This document shows, piece by piece, positions 1 to 9,602 of a stretch of 32,000 nt of DNA (within the stretch, counting starts at the first letter, position 1; every line of letters begins with the position of its first letter). A model generated the notes under the pieces. The model ran no database searches and had not been told where the DNA came from. It saw only the letters and a list, made by a program, of their open reading frames with translations. This DNA comes from Acholeplasma laidlawii PG-8A (lineage in GTDB: Bacteria > Bacillota_I > Bacilli_A > Acholeplasmatales > Acholeplasmataceae), in the NCBI RefSeq assembly GCF_000018785.1, contig NC_010163.1, forward strand, positions 1,464,993 through 1,496,992, given 5' to 3'. Made by a program: the position numbers and the translations under genes.

Positions 1-923
1 GCCTTGATGAAATCATCAAGTTCGTCCCAACTATTTAATGCTGCACCACTTGCTTTTGCATGTCCGCCACCATTAAATAAGTTAGCAACTTTATCAATGT
101 CTGGTCCACTTGAACGTAATCTTACACGTACTAAGTCACCATCTTCTATGAATATAGCCCAAACATCAAATCCTTTAATACCTGATAGCATGTTCACTAC
201 TGAACTTGCTTCTTCATATGTAAGGTTAAATTCTTGTCTAATTTTATCTGTAATCTTTAAATAAATAAATCCCTTGTCTGTCGTTACAAAGTTTTGGTAA
301 ACAAAACCTTTGAAACGTAGCATATCTAATGTTTCATTAGACATTGCACGGTCAATTTCTTCAACATCTGCACCTTTAGTTAATAACATACCAGCCATTT
401 GGTGCGTTAATTCGGATACACCACGATATTTAAATCTACCTGTATCTGTTAAGATACCTGTATACATTGCAACCGCACCTGGTTTTGTTACTTCAAATTC
501 TTTAACTTGTGTAGACATATATGCAATCATTTGAGCACAGGATGGGAAGTTTGTATCTACCCATTCTACATCACCATAACTATCTACTGGGATGTGGTGA
601 TCAATTTTAATAATTTCTTGACCTAACATATATTTTTGATTAGAAATTCTTAATTTGTTTGCTGTATCTACTACAATTGATAAACTATCTTGATAGAAAC
701 TATCTTCTAAATTAGATTCACCTACGATAATATCTGGTGTACCTACGAAACTTACAAAATCAGAAGTTTCACCTGTTACAAATACATCCTTTTCAGGGAA
801 TGCATTTTTAATGATGTTTTGTAACCCGAATTGCGCACCATAACAGTCACCATCTGGTCTCACATGTCCATAAATTATAATTCTTTGGTATTTTTTAATT
901 TTCTTTAATATTTCTTTAAACAT
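1..923 (-). CDS. DHH/DHHA1-family phosphoesterase (NrnA-like), 3' end runs off the left edge of the window
   Basis: Absent from the ORF track because no stop lies in the window. Hand translation from ATG 923-921 gives MFKEILKKIKKYQRIIIYGHVRPDGDCYGAQFGLQNIIKNAFPEKDVFVTGE. Further on come VVDTA, IKIDHHIPVD (DHH motif, nt ~585-600) and NGGGHAKASGA (DHHA1 GGGH motif, nt ~45-75). The frame stayed open in every segment I translated, down to nt 3. Confidence 0.8.
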   Translation of the reverse strand, partial: MFKEILKKIKKYQRIIIYGHVRPDGDCYGAQFGLQNIIKNAFPEKDVFVTGETSDFVSFVGTPDIIVGESNLEDSFYQDSLSIVVDTANKLRISNQKYMLGQEIIKIDHHIPVDSYGDVEWVDTNFPSCAQMIAYMSTQVKEFEVTKPGAVAMYTGILTDTGRFKYRGVSELTHQMAGMLLTKGADVEEIDRAMSNETLDMLRFKGFVYQNFVTTDKGFIYLKITDKIRQEFNLTYEEASSVVNMLSGIKGFDVWAIFIEDGDLVRVRLRSSGPDIDKVANLFNGGGHAKASGAALNSWDELDDFIK

Positions 924-1860
924 TACTTTCTACCATCCTTTCATCAAAACATTGTACGACCTCTAATGCTTGTTCCCAGCTATGAAGTGTTGCGCCACAT
1001 GCATTAGCATGACCACCACCACCAAATTTTTTAGCAATGTCTACAATTGAGACGTCTTTACTTCTAAATTCACCAATGATTTCGCCTTTTTCGTTTTCAC
1101 TGAAATTTGCCCAAATACGCACTTCTTTAATACCAGCCATAATGTTTACCGTACCACGGGAAACATCTTGGAAGGTTAAACCTGATTCGCTAATTGATTT
1201 AAAATCATTAAATCTATACGCTACATTGTGATCTGATAAACTAAAACTTCTAAACTTTTCTTTAGCCATGCGTTTTGCAAGTGTTTCAAGTTGTTGAAAA
1301 TCACTTAAACTTTGTAGATCAATATCGTATTCCATTAAGCGAGCTACGACATCAAATGTATGCTTCGCATTTTGTTTGCTGATATATTGGAAACGACCAC
1401 TATCACCAACAATACCTGCATAAATATGAGATGCAGCCATATCGTTAAATCTTAGATTACCTTTAATCGCAATCTCGCCAATCATTTGACTACATGAAAT
1501 TAAATCTGGCCTATGGTAAAACAGATCAGGATTGATATTTGAGTCATTTCTATGATGATCTATATTAATAAGTGTTTTGCCTAATTTGTAACGTGTATCG
1601 GATATCAGCGCCTCTGCAGCTGTATCTAAAACAAATACGAGTGCGCCTTCATAGACTGAATCATCAATGACATCCATTGTATGTTCGTATGGGTATTGCT
1701 GTGTATCACCTACAACATAAACCGTTTTGTCTTTAAAGTTTTCTCTGATAATTTCTTTCAAACCGAGTTGTGATCCATAAGCATCTAGATCTGGTTGTTT
1801 GTGTCTGTGAATAATAATTGTTGAGTGGTTCTGTATTTCTTTTATAATTTGATTTTCCAT
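916..1860 (-). CDS. DHH/DHHA1-family phosphoesterase (NrnA-like paralog)
   Basis: 314-aa ORF with an ATG start. Motifs: IIIHRHKQPDLDAYGS, VLDTA, NIDHHRND (DHH), GGGGHANACGAT (DHHA1). The stop overlaps the start of the downstream paralog by 8 nt. Confidence 0.85.
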   Translation of the reverse strand: MENQIIKEIQNHSTIIIHRHKQPDLDAYGSQLGLKEIIRENFKDKTVYVVGDTQQYPYEHTMDVIDDSVYEGALVFVLDTAAEALISDTRYKLGKTLINIDHHRNDSNINPDLFYHRPDLISCSQMIGEIAIKGNLRFNDMAASHIYAGIVGDSGRFQYISKQNAKHTFDVVARLMEYDIDLQSLSDFQQLETLAKRMAKEKFRSFSLSDHNVAYRFNDFKSISESGLTFQDVSRGTVNIMAGIKEVRIWANFSENEKGEIIGEFRSKDVSIVDIAKKFGGGGHANACGATLHSWEQALEVVQCFDERMVESNV

Positions 1861-1932
1861 ATAATCCTACCTAAATTTAGAATAGTATAGTATAACATAT
1901 ATTGACTAATATTACGATATAAAAACGCTAAT

Positions 1933-1979
1933 TTGATAATAAAAACCACTTAATACTACAATTTAATTTTAAGTGGTTT
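1933..1979 (-). terminator. Rho-independent terminator after the nuclease gene
   Basis: 11-bp stem AAACCACTTAA (1943-1953) / TTAAGTGGTTT (1969-1979) with a 15-nt loop. On the minus-strand transcript it is followed by TTTTTATTATC. It lies 25 nt after the stop at 2004. Confidence 0.6.
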
Positions 1980-2003
1980 CATTGTGTTAAAATAATGTTA
2001 TTT

Positions 2004-3218
2004 TTACCAAGGTAATGGATTATGTGGTTCCCAAGTTGGGTTTGTCGTTGCTAATCCACCAGTACCATTGTTTGCTTGATAATTCCAGTCTGGAGATTTT
2101 TCTCCATCTGGATTTCCTGGATATCCATGCATAGCCCATCCTTGAGATCTTGCATATTCTTCTGCAAACTTTAAGAATGTTAGATATGGAACATCTTTGT
2201 ATGTTAAAAGGGTATCATAATTGCTAAATGTAAGAGGGACATCGTCTGATAAACCTTCTTTAACAATCAAGAATTGTGATAAGTGACCATTAATCCATAC
2301 TAAACCTAGATTACGTCCATTGCCCTCTTGTAGTGCATAGCCCGGAATAGATTGAACAATGATTTCTTTACTTGTTGCATCATTTAACAGATATTCTTTA
2401 TTGAATTTACTTGCAACATATCCCCATGGTGCAGCAATTACATAAGCACCATTAACTTCTGGTGTATCAATATAAAAGTATCTCATTGAACCACCAGGAT
2501 AGCCATTTCCAGCACGAAATGTTGCTGTATCACCATCAGCAATACTTTGAAGTGTAACAAGTGCAGTACCACCTCCACCTACAGTTGGGTTTGTAGGATC
2601 AACATAATCTAGATCATGATATCTTTCTTCTAGTCTTGGTCCTTCAAGTAATTGTTCTAATGTTTTAATTTGGTATAACTCATTTTTTAGATAATTAAAA
2701 GCTTCTGGTTTGTAACTAATAAATTTGTACGCTGTGTAGCTTGCATCTGGTTTAAATTCTGCAGGATTACCAAGTCTAATCATGGTTTGATTTCTTGAAA
2801 AATCTAGATCCATTCCAATGGTACCTACTAAGTCATGTGCCTTACCAGATACTCTTAATTCGATTGCGTCATTACCGTTAAACGGTAATGGACCATCTTC
2901 ATAAGTAAAATCAATTAGTGGTTTTACTGAAGATATGGTTTGTTGATTACTTCCAATAACGAAATATCCTTTGGCTGCGATTTCACCAGTTAATTTAATT
3001 TTTACAGATACTTCTTCAGAACCATTTGAATAAAAATATAATTCATGATTGCTTAACTTAACTACTTCTTCACTTGGGTTATATAATTCAAGTAAATTAT
3101 CGCTTTGATAAGCCGTTGTATATACTTTTGAAATCACTACATCAGATGTTGCGCTATCACATGATACAAGTATGAATGCTGCAAATACTAATATAAATAT
3201 ACTTAATTTTTTTAACAT
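2004..3218 (-). CDS. Surface lipoprotein nuclease: lamin-tail-like domain + staphylococcal (thermo)nuclease domain
   Basis: Signal peptide and lipobox MLKKLSIFILVFAAFILVSC. Residues ~25-135 show an LTD-like pattern (LLELYNPSEEVVKLS, NGNDAIELRVSG). Residues ~210-350 carry the SNase signature IADGDTATF, MRYFYIDTPE and GRNLGLVWING, so the Ca-binding and catalytic residues appear intact. SD AAGGGGAAG lies upstream. Confidence 0.85.
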   Translation of the reverse strand: MLKKLSIFILVFAAFILVSCDSATSDVVISKVYTTAYQSDNLLELYNPSEEVVKLSNHELYFYSNGSEEVSVKIKLTGEIAAKGYFVIGSNQQTISSVKPLIDFTYEDGPLPFNGNDAIELRVSGKAHDLVGTIGMDLDFSRNQTMIRLGNPAEFKPDASYTAYKFISYKPEAFNYLKNELYQIKTLEQLLEGPRLEERYHDLDYVDPTNPTVGGGGTALVTLQSIADGDTATFRAGNGYPGGSMRYFYIDTPEVNGAYVIAAPWGYVASKFNKEYLLNDATSKEIIVQSIPGYALQEGNGRNLGLVWINGHLSQFLIVKEGLSDDVPLTFSNYDTLLTYKDVPYLTFLKFAEEYARSQGWAMHGYPGNPDGEKSPDWNYQANNGTGGLATTNPTWEPHNPLPW

Positions 3219-3231
3219 ATATTGCTTCCCC

Positions 3232-4164
3232 TTACATTTCTTTGTTATGTTTTATTGCTTCTATTTCCTGTCTTTGAAGTTCTTTTTTTGCGCTACGCTT
3301 TAGTTTATATCTTGTATATACTTCTTTATGGAAAAAGATAAAGTATGTTAGTGGTATCACTACAAGTAGCAGTAATGAAATATTTATTAGATATAAACTG
3401 TTTAATTTGTTTAGTTTACTGATTAAAGTAGCATCATAATATAAATTTATATTATTTTTGATATCACTAAGCGATTCATCTGATAAAAATTTAATTTCAT
3501 CGGATGTAATAAACTTGATATCTCTTTGATAAGTGTTGCTAAATTTATCAGGGATTTGATTTACTAAATCAGAATTATATAAAGTGACTAACTCTCTACT
3601 AAAATAATTAATATCATCATATGCAATGTGAATGGATTCAAATGAAATAGTTGATTCCGCTTTTAGTCTATCAAAATTAATAAGCAATAACTTTGAAGTA
3701 TCATCATAGAGTGTGATGAAGGTTTCTTCAAATGTTTGTTTATTCGTTTGTCCAATAGTGATTTCTTGATTAAATTTGATAGTTGCACGAATTGTGCTAT
3801 AGTCATCTTCATCTTTTAACAGTGATGTATCTGTTATATTTAGATCCCTTATTAAGATAGCTAGAGAATGCTCATAGGATCTTAAATTTTCAGCAACTTT
3901 ATAAATGTATAGACCCACTTCATCTTCACCATCTATAAAATGTTGTTCATAAAGCGGCTCTTTAAAGATAATAGCATTGGTTCCATCACCTCTATTAGCA
4001 ACCAGTGTTGCAGCAAGTAACTTTACATTGTTATCTTCTACCTCACTTTGTAGTGATTGTAGAAACTCTACACGTTTTTGCGCTTCTGTATATAAAGAAA
4101 CCATGAATGTTGCCATACCAATAAAAATGATGTATAGAATTATAAAAAACCAGTTTTTTGTCAT
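3232..4164 (-). CDS. Bitopic membrane protein of unknown function (N- and C-terminal TM helices, basic C-terminal tail)
   Basis: 310-aa ORF with an ATG start, 13 nt upstream of the nuclease gene. TM1 is WFFIILYIIFIGMATFMVSLY; the C-terminal TM is LYLINISLLLLVVIPLTYFIFF, followed by a K/R/E-rich tail. I recognise no family. Confidence 0.65.
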   Translation of the reverse strand: MTKNWFFIILYIIFIGMATFMVSLYTEAQKRVEFLQSLQSEVEDNNVKLLAATLVANRGDGTNAIIFKEPLYEQHFIDGEDEVGLYIYKVAENLRSYEHSLAILIRDLNITDTSLLKDEDDYSTIRATIKFNQEITIGQTNKQTFEETFITLYDDTSKLLLINFDRLKAESTISFESIHIAYDDINYFSRELVTLYNSDLVNQIPDKFSNTYQRDIKFITSDEIKFLSDESLSDIKNNINLYYDATLISKLNKLNSLYLINISLLLLVVIPLTYFIFFHKEVYTRYKLKRSAKKELQRQEIEAIKHNKEM

Positions 4165-4202
4165 AGATTTATCCTTAAATGTAAGCTACTTAATGTCTTT
4201 TA

Positions 4203-4231
4203 ATTATATAATAAATTACGTATTTTTTCAA
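4203..4231 (-). promoter_or_regulatory. Sigma-70-type promoter for the membrane-protein/nuclease unit
   Basis: Minus strand reads TTGAAA (4231-4226), a 17-nt spacer, then TATAAT (4208-4203). It sits ~40 nt upstream of the ATG at 4164, with AGGA as the SD. Confidence 0.5.
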
Positions 4232-4276
4232 TTTATTATATGTTTTATAACTAATATGTTTGAATTTCTATATTTT

Positions 4277-4318
4277 AGAAAAGAAAAGCCTATGCTTCAT
4301 TCTTAAAGAAGCATAGGC
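4277..4318 (-). terminator. Rho-independent terminator ending the ABC-importer operon
   Basis: 11-bp GC-containing stem GCCTATGCTTC (4288-4298) / GAAGCATAGGC (4308-4318) with a 9-nt loop. The minus-strand transcript continues TTTTCTTTTCT. It lies 52 nt after the stop at 4370. Confidence 0.7.
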
Positions 4319-4369
4319 TCTAATTTTTTATCACTTTATACTTACTATATTACTATGAAATATAAATAA

Positions 4370-7123
4370 TTAATTAAGTACGTAAATCTTTAGGTTATCT
4401 ACACCAATAGCATAAGCTGTGTTTGAAGTTGATGATGCAGCTGGTGCTTCATATACTAATCTATATGTTCCGCCACCTGTAATTTCGATAGATACGTTTG
4501 TTAATGCGTCTTTAGTTAATTGACCAAATACGTTATCACCAACTGTTACCCAATTTTCACCTTCAAGTTTTTCAACTCTTACTGATGAACCTGCTAATCC
4601 TACAGTTTGATCAAAGTTATTTTGATTCCATGCAGCAAAGTCAAATTCTATCTTTGATGCGTTTGCATAAGCTGCTGCAGTTAAGTCGAATTCAACATAA
4701 GATAGTTTAAATGTAGAAATTGGTGCTAATACTAGGAATGCTGCACTGTCAGCCCAAGGAGCAAAAGTACTTGTGTTAATTTGTACTCTATCTTTGTCTA
4801 GTGTAAATGCATCACCATTTGTATTAGAGAATGCTAATGTTCCAGCCGCATAACCTGTAACAGGTGATGGACCAAAATCAAATGTGTAAGCTACAGTTTC
4901 AACTGCTGCTTCAGCTTTTACAGTGATTTCAAACACTTTAGTGTCTGTTGCTTCACCATTTGTTAAAGCTGCTGTTAATGTAACTACAGTATCAGCTGCT
5001 GGTTTAGTGTATGTACCATCGTTGCCTAAAACTTCTGGATGTGATGATGTCCATACTACAGTTGTACCGTTTGCTAGTGTAACAGGTAATGATAATGATT
5101 CTAGTGTTGTTGCCGGTAATTCTAATAATAGTTTGTCTAATGCTAATTCTTCTGCATCAGTTAAGATTGGTGATTCACCTTCAGTAACTTGAGCTGCAGC
5201 ATGAATACCAATTGCACCATTATTTGATCTCCAAGTTAATAAAGCATTAGTAAATGACACATAATCACCAACTTTTAAGCCCTTAATAAAGTCAGATGAA
5301 CCAACTAGTGGTTGTCTTGAATCCCAGTAGAATCTAATTGTCTTTAATGTTACTTCATCTTCTAAGATTAATTCAACGTTACCGTAATCATTAGCGATAA
5401 CTTCTTTTACCTTTAAGTTAGCAACTGAAACTAGATTTGATTGGAATGGTAATAGACTTTCTGCATCCCATAAAGTGATTGTTCTTAGGTCTGTAGCTTC
5501 TGGCATTGTACCATCTAATTCTAAATCAGTAACTTCTGGACTACCTAATTGAATTAATCCACTAAATACTGTTCTAGTACCAATGATTTGAACTTGTTTA
5601 CCAACTAATAATGCTAGGTCAGCTGCTGCCCCTACTGAAGCATATACAGTGATTGCACCAGTACCATCAGCGATAGAAATTTGTCTATGAGCGTTGTAAC
5701 CTAATACAGTACCAGTAATCATAAATTTATAAGTATTAACTGTAGCTTCTAAAACTTCTGCAATTGTAGATGGAGCAACTTCGCCCACTCTAATTGTGAA
5801 TTCTTTAGTAGCTGAAGCCTCGCCTAATGTTAATGTAGCAACTAATTTAACATCTTTTTGACCAGATGTTGGAAGTGTTACCTTACCATCAGCTAAGTTA
5901 ATTAATGCGTTGTTTGCATCTTCTGCATCTTTGAATGACCAAGCGATATTTACTTCATCAGATTTATTAGCTAATGTTAATGTTTGATCTGCTTTGTAAA
6001 CTTCAACTGGTAATTTAAGTGCGTTTTTAGCAACGTCAACTTTTTGTGATTCATTTAAGTTTGCAGTAATACCTGATGGTCCACCTACATAGTAAACAGC
6101 AAATGCTAAGTTATTTGATCTGTATGTATAAATCACTACATCCATTTCAACTTCAAAGCCTGCAAAACTACGTACGTAAGGGAAATCAGCTGTTCCGTAA
6201 TAGAACATAAAGCCGCTTGCAGGAACACCTGGTTCACCTAATACTAATGCAGATTTAGCTGCATCAATAATGTAAGTATTGTAGTTACCTGAATCGCCTT
6301 CAATCATGAAGATATTACCTTTAACAGTTGCATAAATTGGTTCAAAGTTTCCATCAGAAACAGCTGGATAATTATGTTCGCCTGCTGTTGTTAATTCACT
6401 GATCTTAGAATCAACACTGTTAACAGTTTCTTTAGTTGGATATTGTGGCGTTGCAGATGCTTTTTCAACACCTGTAGATTTCACTAATTCCCAAATACCG
6501 AAGTACCATTCTAAAGCACCAGTAACATCGTATACTTTACCAACTTCGAAAGTTGTTTGGCTGTTGAATAATTGAATAATACCTGTTCCATCATAACCAA
6601 AGTAAACATCACCTTTTGCAAAGATTGTTACATTTGGAATAGTTACAGTATATTCGCCACCATCATAAGCTTCATCTCTGATCGCTAGGATATCAGCAAT
6701 TGTTTCAATTTCGATTTCTTCAACTGTATTTTCTTTAATTGTTAATGTTTTTTCCCATTTCTTCTCTAAGATTTCATCAGAAATTTCTGATTTTAATTTT
6801 AAAGTAGCTGTGATTTTAACAGTTGCATCGCCTTGACCTTTAGCTGGACGGTTAACAGTTGCAGTAACTTCATTGTTAACAGCAGTTCCAAATGATACAA
6901 CACCTGGATTATCTGATGTCCATACAGCTTCGATCCCACCAGCAAGCATGCTTGGTACAACGAAGTTTGATGTAATATTAGATGGATCACTGATTAAAAT
7001 GTCCATACCTGCATGGGCTGTATCTAATTTAGCTATAGCCCCATCTTCCTTAGCTGTTGGTCCACAAGCCACTAGGACTAAACCAACAAGTAAGATTGCA
7101 ATAAAACTTAATATTTTTTTCAT
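4370..7123 (-). CDS. Large modular surface lipoprotein with three Ig-like repeat modules, OB-fold-like modules and a C-terminal beta-rich domain; no catalytic motif recognised
   Basis: Lipobox MKKILSFIAILLVGLVLVAC and SD AAGGAGAG. Three ~80-aa modules share the pattern LP..V.W.S.....V..(G)......V.LTA.L....A..K.F.I.V at aa ~45-130, 362-446 and 655-736. Between them are modules such as ITGTVLGYNAHRQISIADGTGAITVYAS..LLVGKQVQIIGTRTVFSGLIQL, which resemble the OB-folds of extracellular nucleases. Confidence 0.8.
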   Translation of the reverse strand: MKKILSFIAILLVGLVLVACGPTAKEDGAIAKLDTAHAGMDILISDPSNITSNFVVPSMLAGGIEAVWTSDNPGVVSFGTAVNNEVTATVNRPAKGQGDATVKITATLKLKSEISDEILEKKWEKTLTIKENTVEEIEIETIADILAIRDEAYDGGEYTVTIPNVTIFAKGDVYFGYDGTGIIQLFNSQTTFEVGKVYDVTGALEWYFGIWELVKSTGVEKASATPQYPTKETVNSVDSKISELTTAGEHNYPAVSDGNFEPIYATVKGNIFMIEGDSGNYNTYIIDAAKSALVLGEPGVPASGFMFYYGTADFPYVRSFAGFEVEMDVVIYTYRSNNLAFAVYYVGGPSGITANLNESQKVDVAKNALKLPVEVYKADQTLTLANKSDEVNIAWSFKDAEDANNALINLADGKVTLPTSGQKDVKLVATLTLGEASATKEFTIRVGEVAPSTIAEVLEATVNTYKFMITGTVLGYNAHRQISIADGTGAITVYASVGAAADLALLVGKQVQIIGTRTVFSGLIQLGSPEVTDLELDGTMPEATDLRTITLWDAESLLPFQSNLVSVANLKVKEVIANDYGNVELILEDEVTLKTIRFYWDSRQPLVGSSDFIKGLKVGDYVSFTNALLTWRSNNGAIGIHAAAQVTEGESPILTDAEELALDKLLLELPATTLESLSLPVTLANGTTVVWTSSHPEVLGNDGTYTKPAADTVVTLTAALTNGEATDTKVFEITVKAEAAVETVAYTFDFGPSPVTGYAAGTLAFSNTNGDAFTLDKDRVQINTSTFAPWADSAAFLVLAPISTFKLSYVEFDLTAAAYANASKIEFDFAAWNQNNFDQTVGLAGSSVRVEKLEGENWVTVGDNVFGQLTKDALTNVSIEITGGGTYRLVYEAPAASSTSNTAYAIGVDNLKIYVLN

Positions 7124-7166
7124 GTATTTTCTCTCCTTTTAGATTTTTGTAAATAGCATGAATAAA

Positions 7167-8624
7167 TCAATTGGTAATAAAGTTATAAGTGTTTTGGTAT
7201 TCTCTATCAATATATGTATTTAAATCTTCTGCACTTGTTGCTTTATAAGAGAATATTTTTACTAATAATGGACCAACTTCAGTTCTTGTTTTGGAACTTA
7301 AATTGAATACTGCCGAAGTAAAGAAGATGTCACCATTATTTCTAAACATATCAATTGCTTCTTTAACAAGTTTGTTTTGTGCTTCTGCTAATGTAGTTGG
7401 GTTTTCTTTAATACCTGCTACATACTTTGTCCATGTTTCTGTTTCATAAGCAGAATAACGGATTGGTGCATACCCTGAAGGGATAGCATACTCAGCTGTT
7501 TTCTCTGCTGAAATCATATATTTAGCAAATAACCAAGCAGCGATCATACGTTGTTCATTATCTTGTTTGAATAAGTTAATGTTAGGTCCTTGTTGAATTT
7601 GAGCACGTTCTTTACCTTCAAAGTGAGGAAGTGGTGCAACTCCAACGCGAACACCTTTATTAAATGATGATGCATCATATGCATATCTTGTACCACCAGT
7701 TGAACCTACATACATGTATAGTTTTTCACCATTCTTGAAGATGTCAGATGTAAATGCTTCAGCATTTAATGTTCTAGTTAACATTAGGTTTTTATCTACT
7801 TTATCTTTAAAGTATTTGATCATTTCTTTAGATTGAGCATTGTTAAATAATACTTCGCCACGTCCGGTTTCTGCATTATAACCTGTGTATGGAGCACCCC
7901 ATTGTTTTGATCCAGTGATAAACATGTTATCTTCTGAGTCATAACCAAATGGAATAGCTTCTGGTTCACGGGATTTAATATCTTGTGCAATCTCAAATAG
8001 TGTTTCCCATGTTAGACCAGCTTCTACAAGTTCTGTATATGTTTTACCATTTAATGAATGTTGGTCAAAGTATGTCTTGTTATAGAAGAAACCTTCACTT
8101 GATTTTGTAAATGGTAAAGATAATATTGTACCTTCATTATCATATGAAGTACCTTCAGCCCATAGAGATGGTAAGAAGTCTTCTAATTCCTCTTCAGAGT
8201 ATCCTAGTGTTGGATGGCTAATGAAGTTGTTTAATGCTAGAGGTGCTTTAGCAATCGCGTAACGAGAAATGTGGTCTGGATAACTCTCTGCAATATCTGG
8301 TGTGTTACCAGCAGGAATTGATAAACTCACTTTCTCAGCTAATTGATTGTAGTCTGCTCCAGCTTTTGTTAGTACAACAGTAATATTTGGATACATTTCT
8401 TTAAATTCTGCAACCCACTTGGTCACCATTTCTTCATTTGCTGCACCCATTCTGTGCCAGAAATGAATTGTTACTGGTGTTTCGGTATCAAACTCTGTAT
8501 CTGGTGATAATTCATACCACTCAACAAGTTTTCCACCACCACCTTGTCCACGTTCACCACCAATACAAGCTACTAAGGTGAATGTGAAAGCAACCATGAT
8601 AATGCTTAGTAATATTTTTTTCAT
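7167..8624 (-). CDS. ABC transporter substrate-binding lipoprotein (family-1 / CUT1-type solute-binding protein)
   Basis: Lipobox MKKILLSIIMVAFTFTLVAC, then a Gly-rich linker GGERGQGGGGK. At 485 aa its overall pattern is typical of sugar-type SBPs. SD AAGGAG. It sits in an operon with the two permeases. Confidence 0.85.
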   Translation of the reverse strand: MKKILLSIIMVAFTFTLVACIGGERGQGGGGKLVEWYELSPDTEFDTETPVTIHFWHRMGAANEEMVTKWVAEFKEMYPNITVVLTKAGADYNQLAEKVSLSIPAGNTPDIAESYPDHISRYAIAKAPLALNNFISHPTLGYSEEELEDFLPSLWAEGTSYDNEGTILSLPFTKSSEGFFYNKTYFDQHSLNGKTYTELVEAGLTWETLFEIAQDIKSREPEAIPFGYDSEDNMFITGSKQWGAPYTGYNAETGRGEVLFNNAQSKEMIKYFKDKVDKNLMLTRTLNAEAFTSDIFKNGEKLYMYVGSTGGTRYAYDASSFNKGVRVGVAPLPHFEGKERAQIQQGPNINLFKQDNEQRMIAAWLFAKYMISAEKTAEYAIPSGYAPIRYSAYETETWTKYVAGIKENPTTLAEAQNKLVKEAIDMFRNNGDIFFTSAVFNLSSKTRTEVGPLLVKIFSYKATSAEDLNTYIDREYQNTYNFITN

Positions 8625-8655
8625 GTCTTTCTCCTTTTAAAAATTAATTTGGCTT

Positions 8656-9591
8656 TTAACCTTTTACTCCCGATCTAGAAACACCACTCATAATATACTT
8701 TCTAAAGAAAATAAATAAGAGTAATAATGGTACTGTAACAATTACTGTTGCAGCCATTTGATAGTTTAATAATGGGCGACCTACACCTGATTCTGCTTGG
8801 TCAATAAATGAACCTCTTAACCATGTAGTTACTAAACGGTATTCCTCGTGAGCAACTAAGTTTGGCCAAATATAAGCATTCCATGTTCCCATTAACTTTA
8901 AGATAACAATAGTAATGATAGATGATTTAGCCATAGGTACCATAACACGTACTAAGTATTTGAAATCACCACAACCATCTACTTTTGCTGCATAATATAA
9001 TTCGTTAGGTATTTGCTTAAATGTCTGTCTTAATAAATAAATATGGAAGATTGAGACCATAAATGGCACAATCATCGCTAAGTAGGAGCCAACGCCTTGG
9101 GCATCTACCCACCCAAATTTGGCTACTGTTACAAAGTTAGAAATAACCATCATTTCGCCAGGGATCATCATTGTTGCAAGTAAGATCGTGAAGATTAAGT
9201 CTTTACCTTTAAAGTTTAATCTTGCAAGCGCGAACGCAACGATAATCGAGAATATTGTTCCACCAACAGTTGAGAATACTGCGACTACAAGTGTGTTGGT
9301 TAAATATCTAGGGAAATTAATGTTGGTTGTGCTTGATGTATAAAAGAATACGTTGATATAGTTTTTAGGTGAGAAATCTTTAGGGAATAAACTCACGTTA
9401 AGGGAGTTTAATACCTCATCAGTGCCTTGTAACGATACGTTTAACATCCAATAGAATGGGATGATTACTATAATTGACATAATTGCCAAGAATAAGTATA
9501 TACCGAATTTACCTAAGAAGGTTGCTGATTTTTGAGCTTTAAGTTTTTGGTTGACTTTATAATCAACTTTAAAATTTGCGTTTGCTGTCAT
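8656..9591 (-). CDS. ABC transporter permease (MalG/UgpE-like)
   Basis: 311 aa with about six hydrophobic helices. EAA-loop region YYAAKVDGCGDFKYLVRVMVPMAKSS. SD GGAGGA. Confidence 0.9.
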   Translation of the reverse strand: MTANANFKVDYKVNQKLKAQKSATFLGKFGIYLFLAIMSIIVIIPFYWMLNVSLQGTDEVLNSLNVSLFPKDFSPKNYINVFFYTSSTTNINFPRYLTNTLVVAVFSTVGGTIFSIIVAFALARLNFKGKDLIFTILLATMMIPGEMMVISNFVTVAKFGWVDAQGVGSYLAMIVPFMVSIFHIYLLRQTFKQIPNELYYAAKVDGCGDFKYLVRVMVPMAKSSIITIVILKLMGTWNAYIWPNLVAHEEYRLVTTWLRGSFIDQAESGVGRPLLNYQMAATVIVTVPLLLLFIFFRKYIMSGVSRSGVKG

Positions 9592-9602
9592 TTTTGTCCT
9601 CC

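Noticed and set aside
4-534. Two plus-strand ORFs from the track (86 aa and 74 aa).
   Set aside because: They lie entirely antisense to a minus-strand frame that stayed open in every segment I translated and encodes clear DHH and GGGH motifs. They have no SD and a low-complexity, Ser/Leu-rich composition, so they are shadow ORFs.
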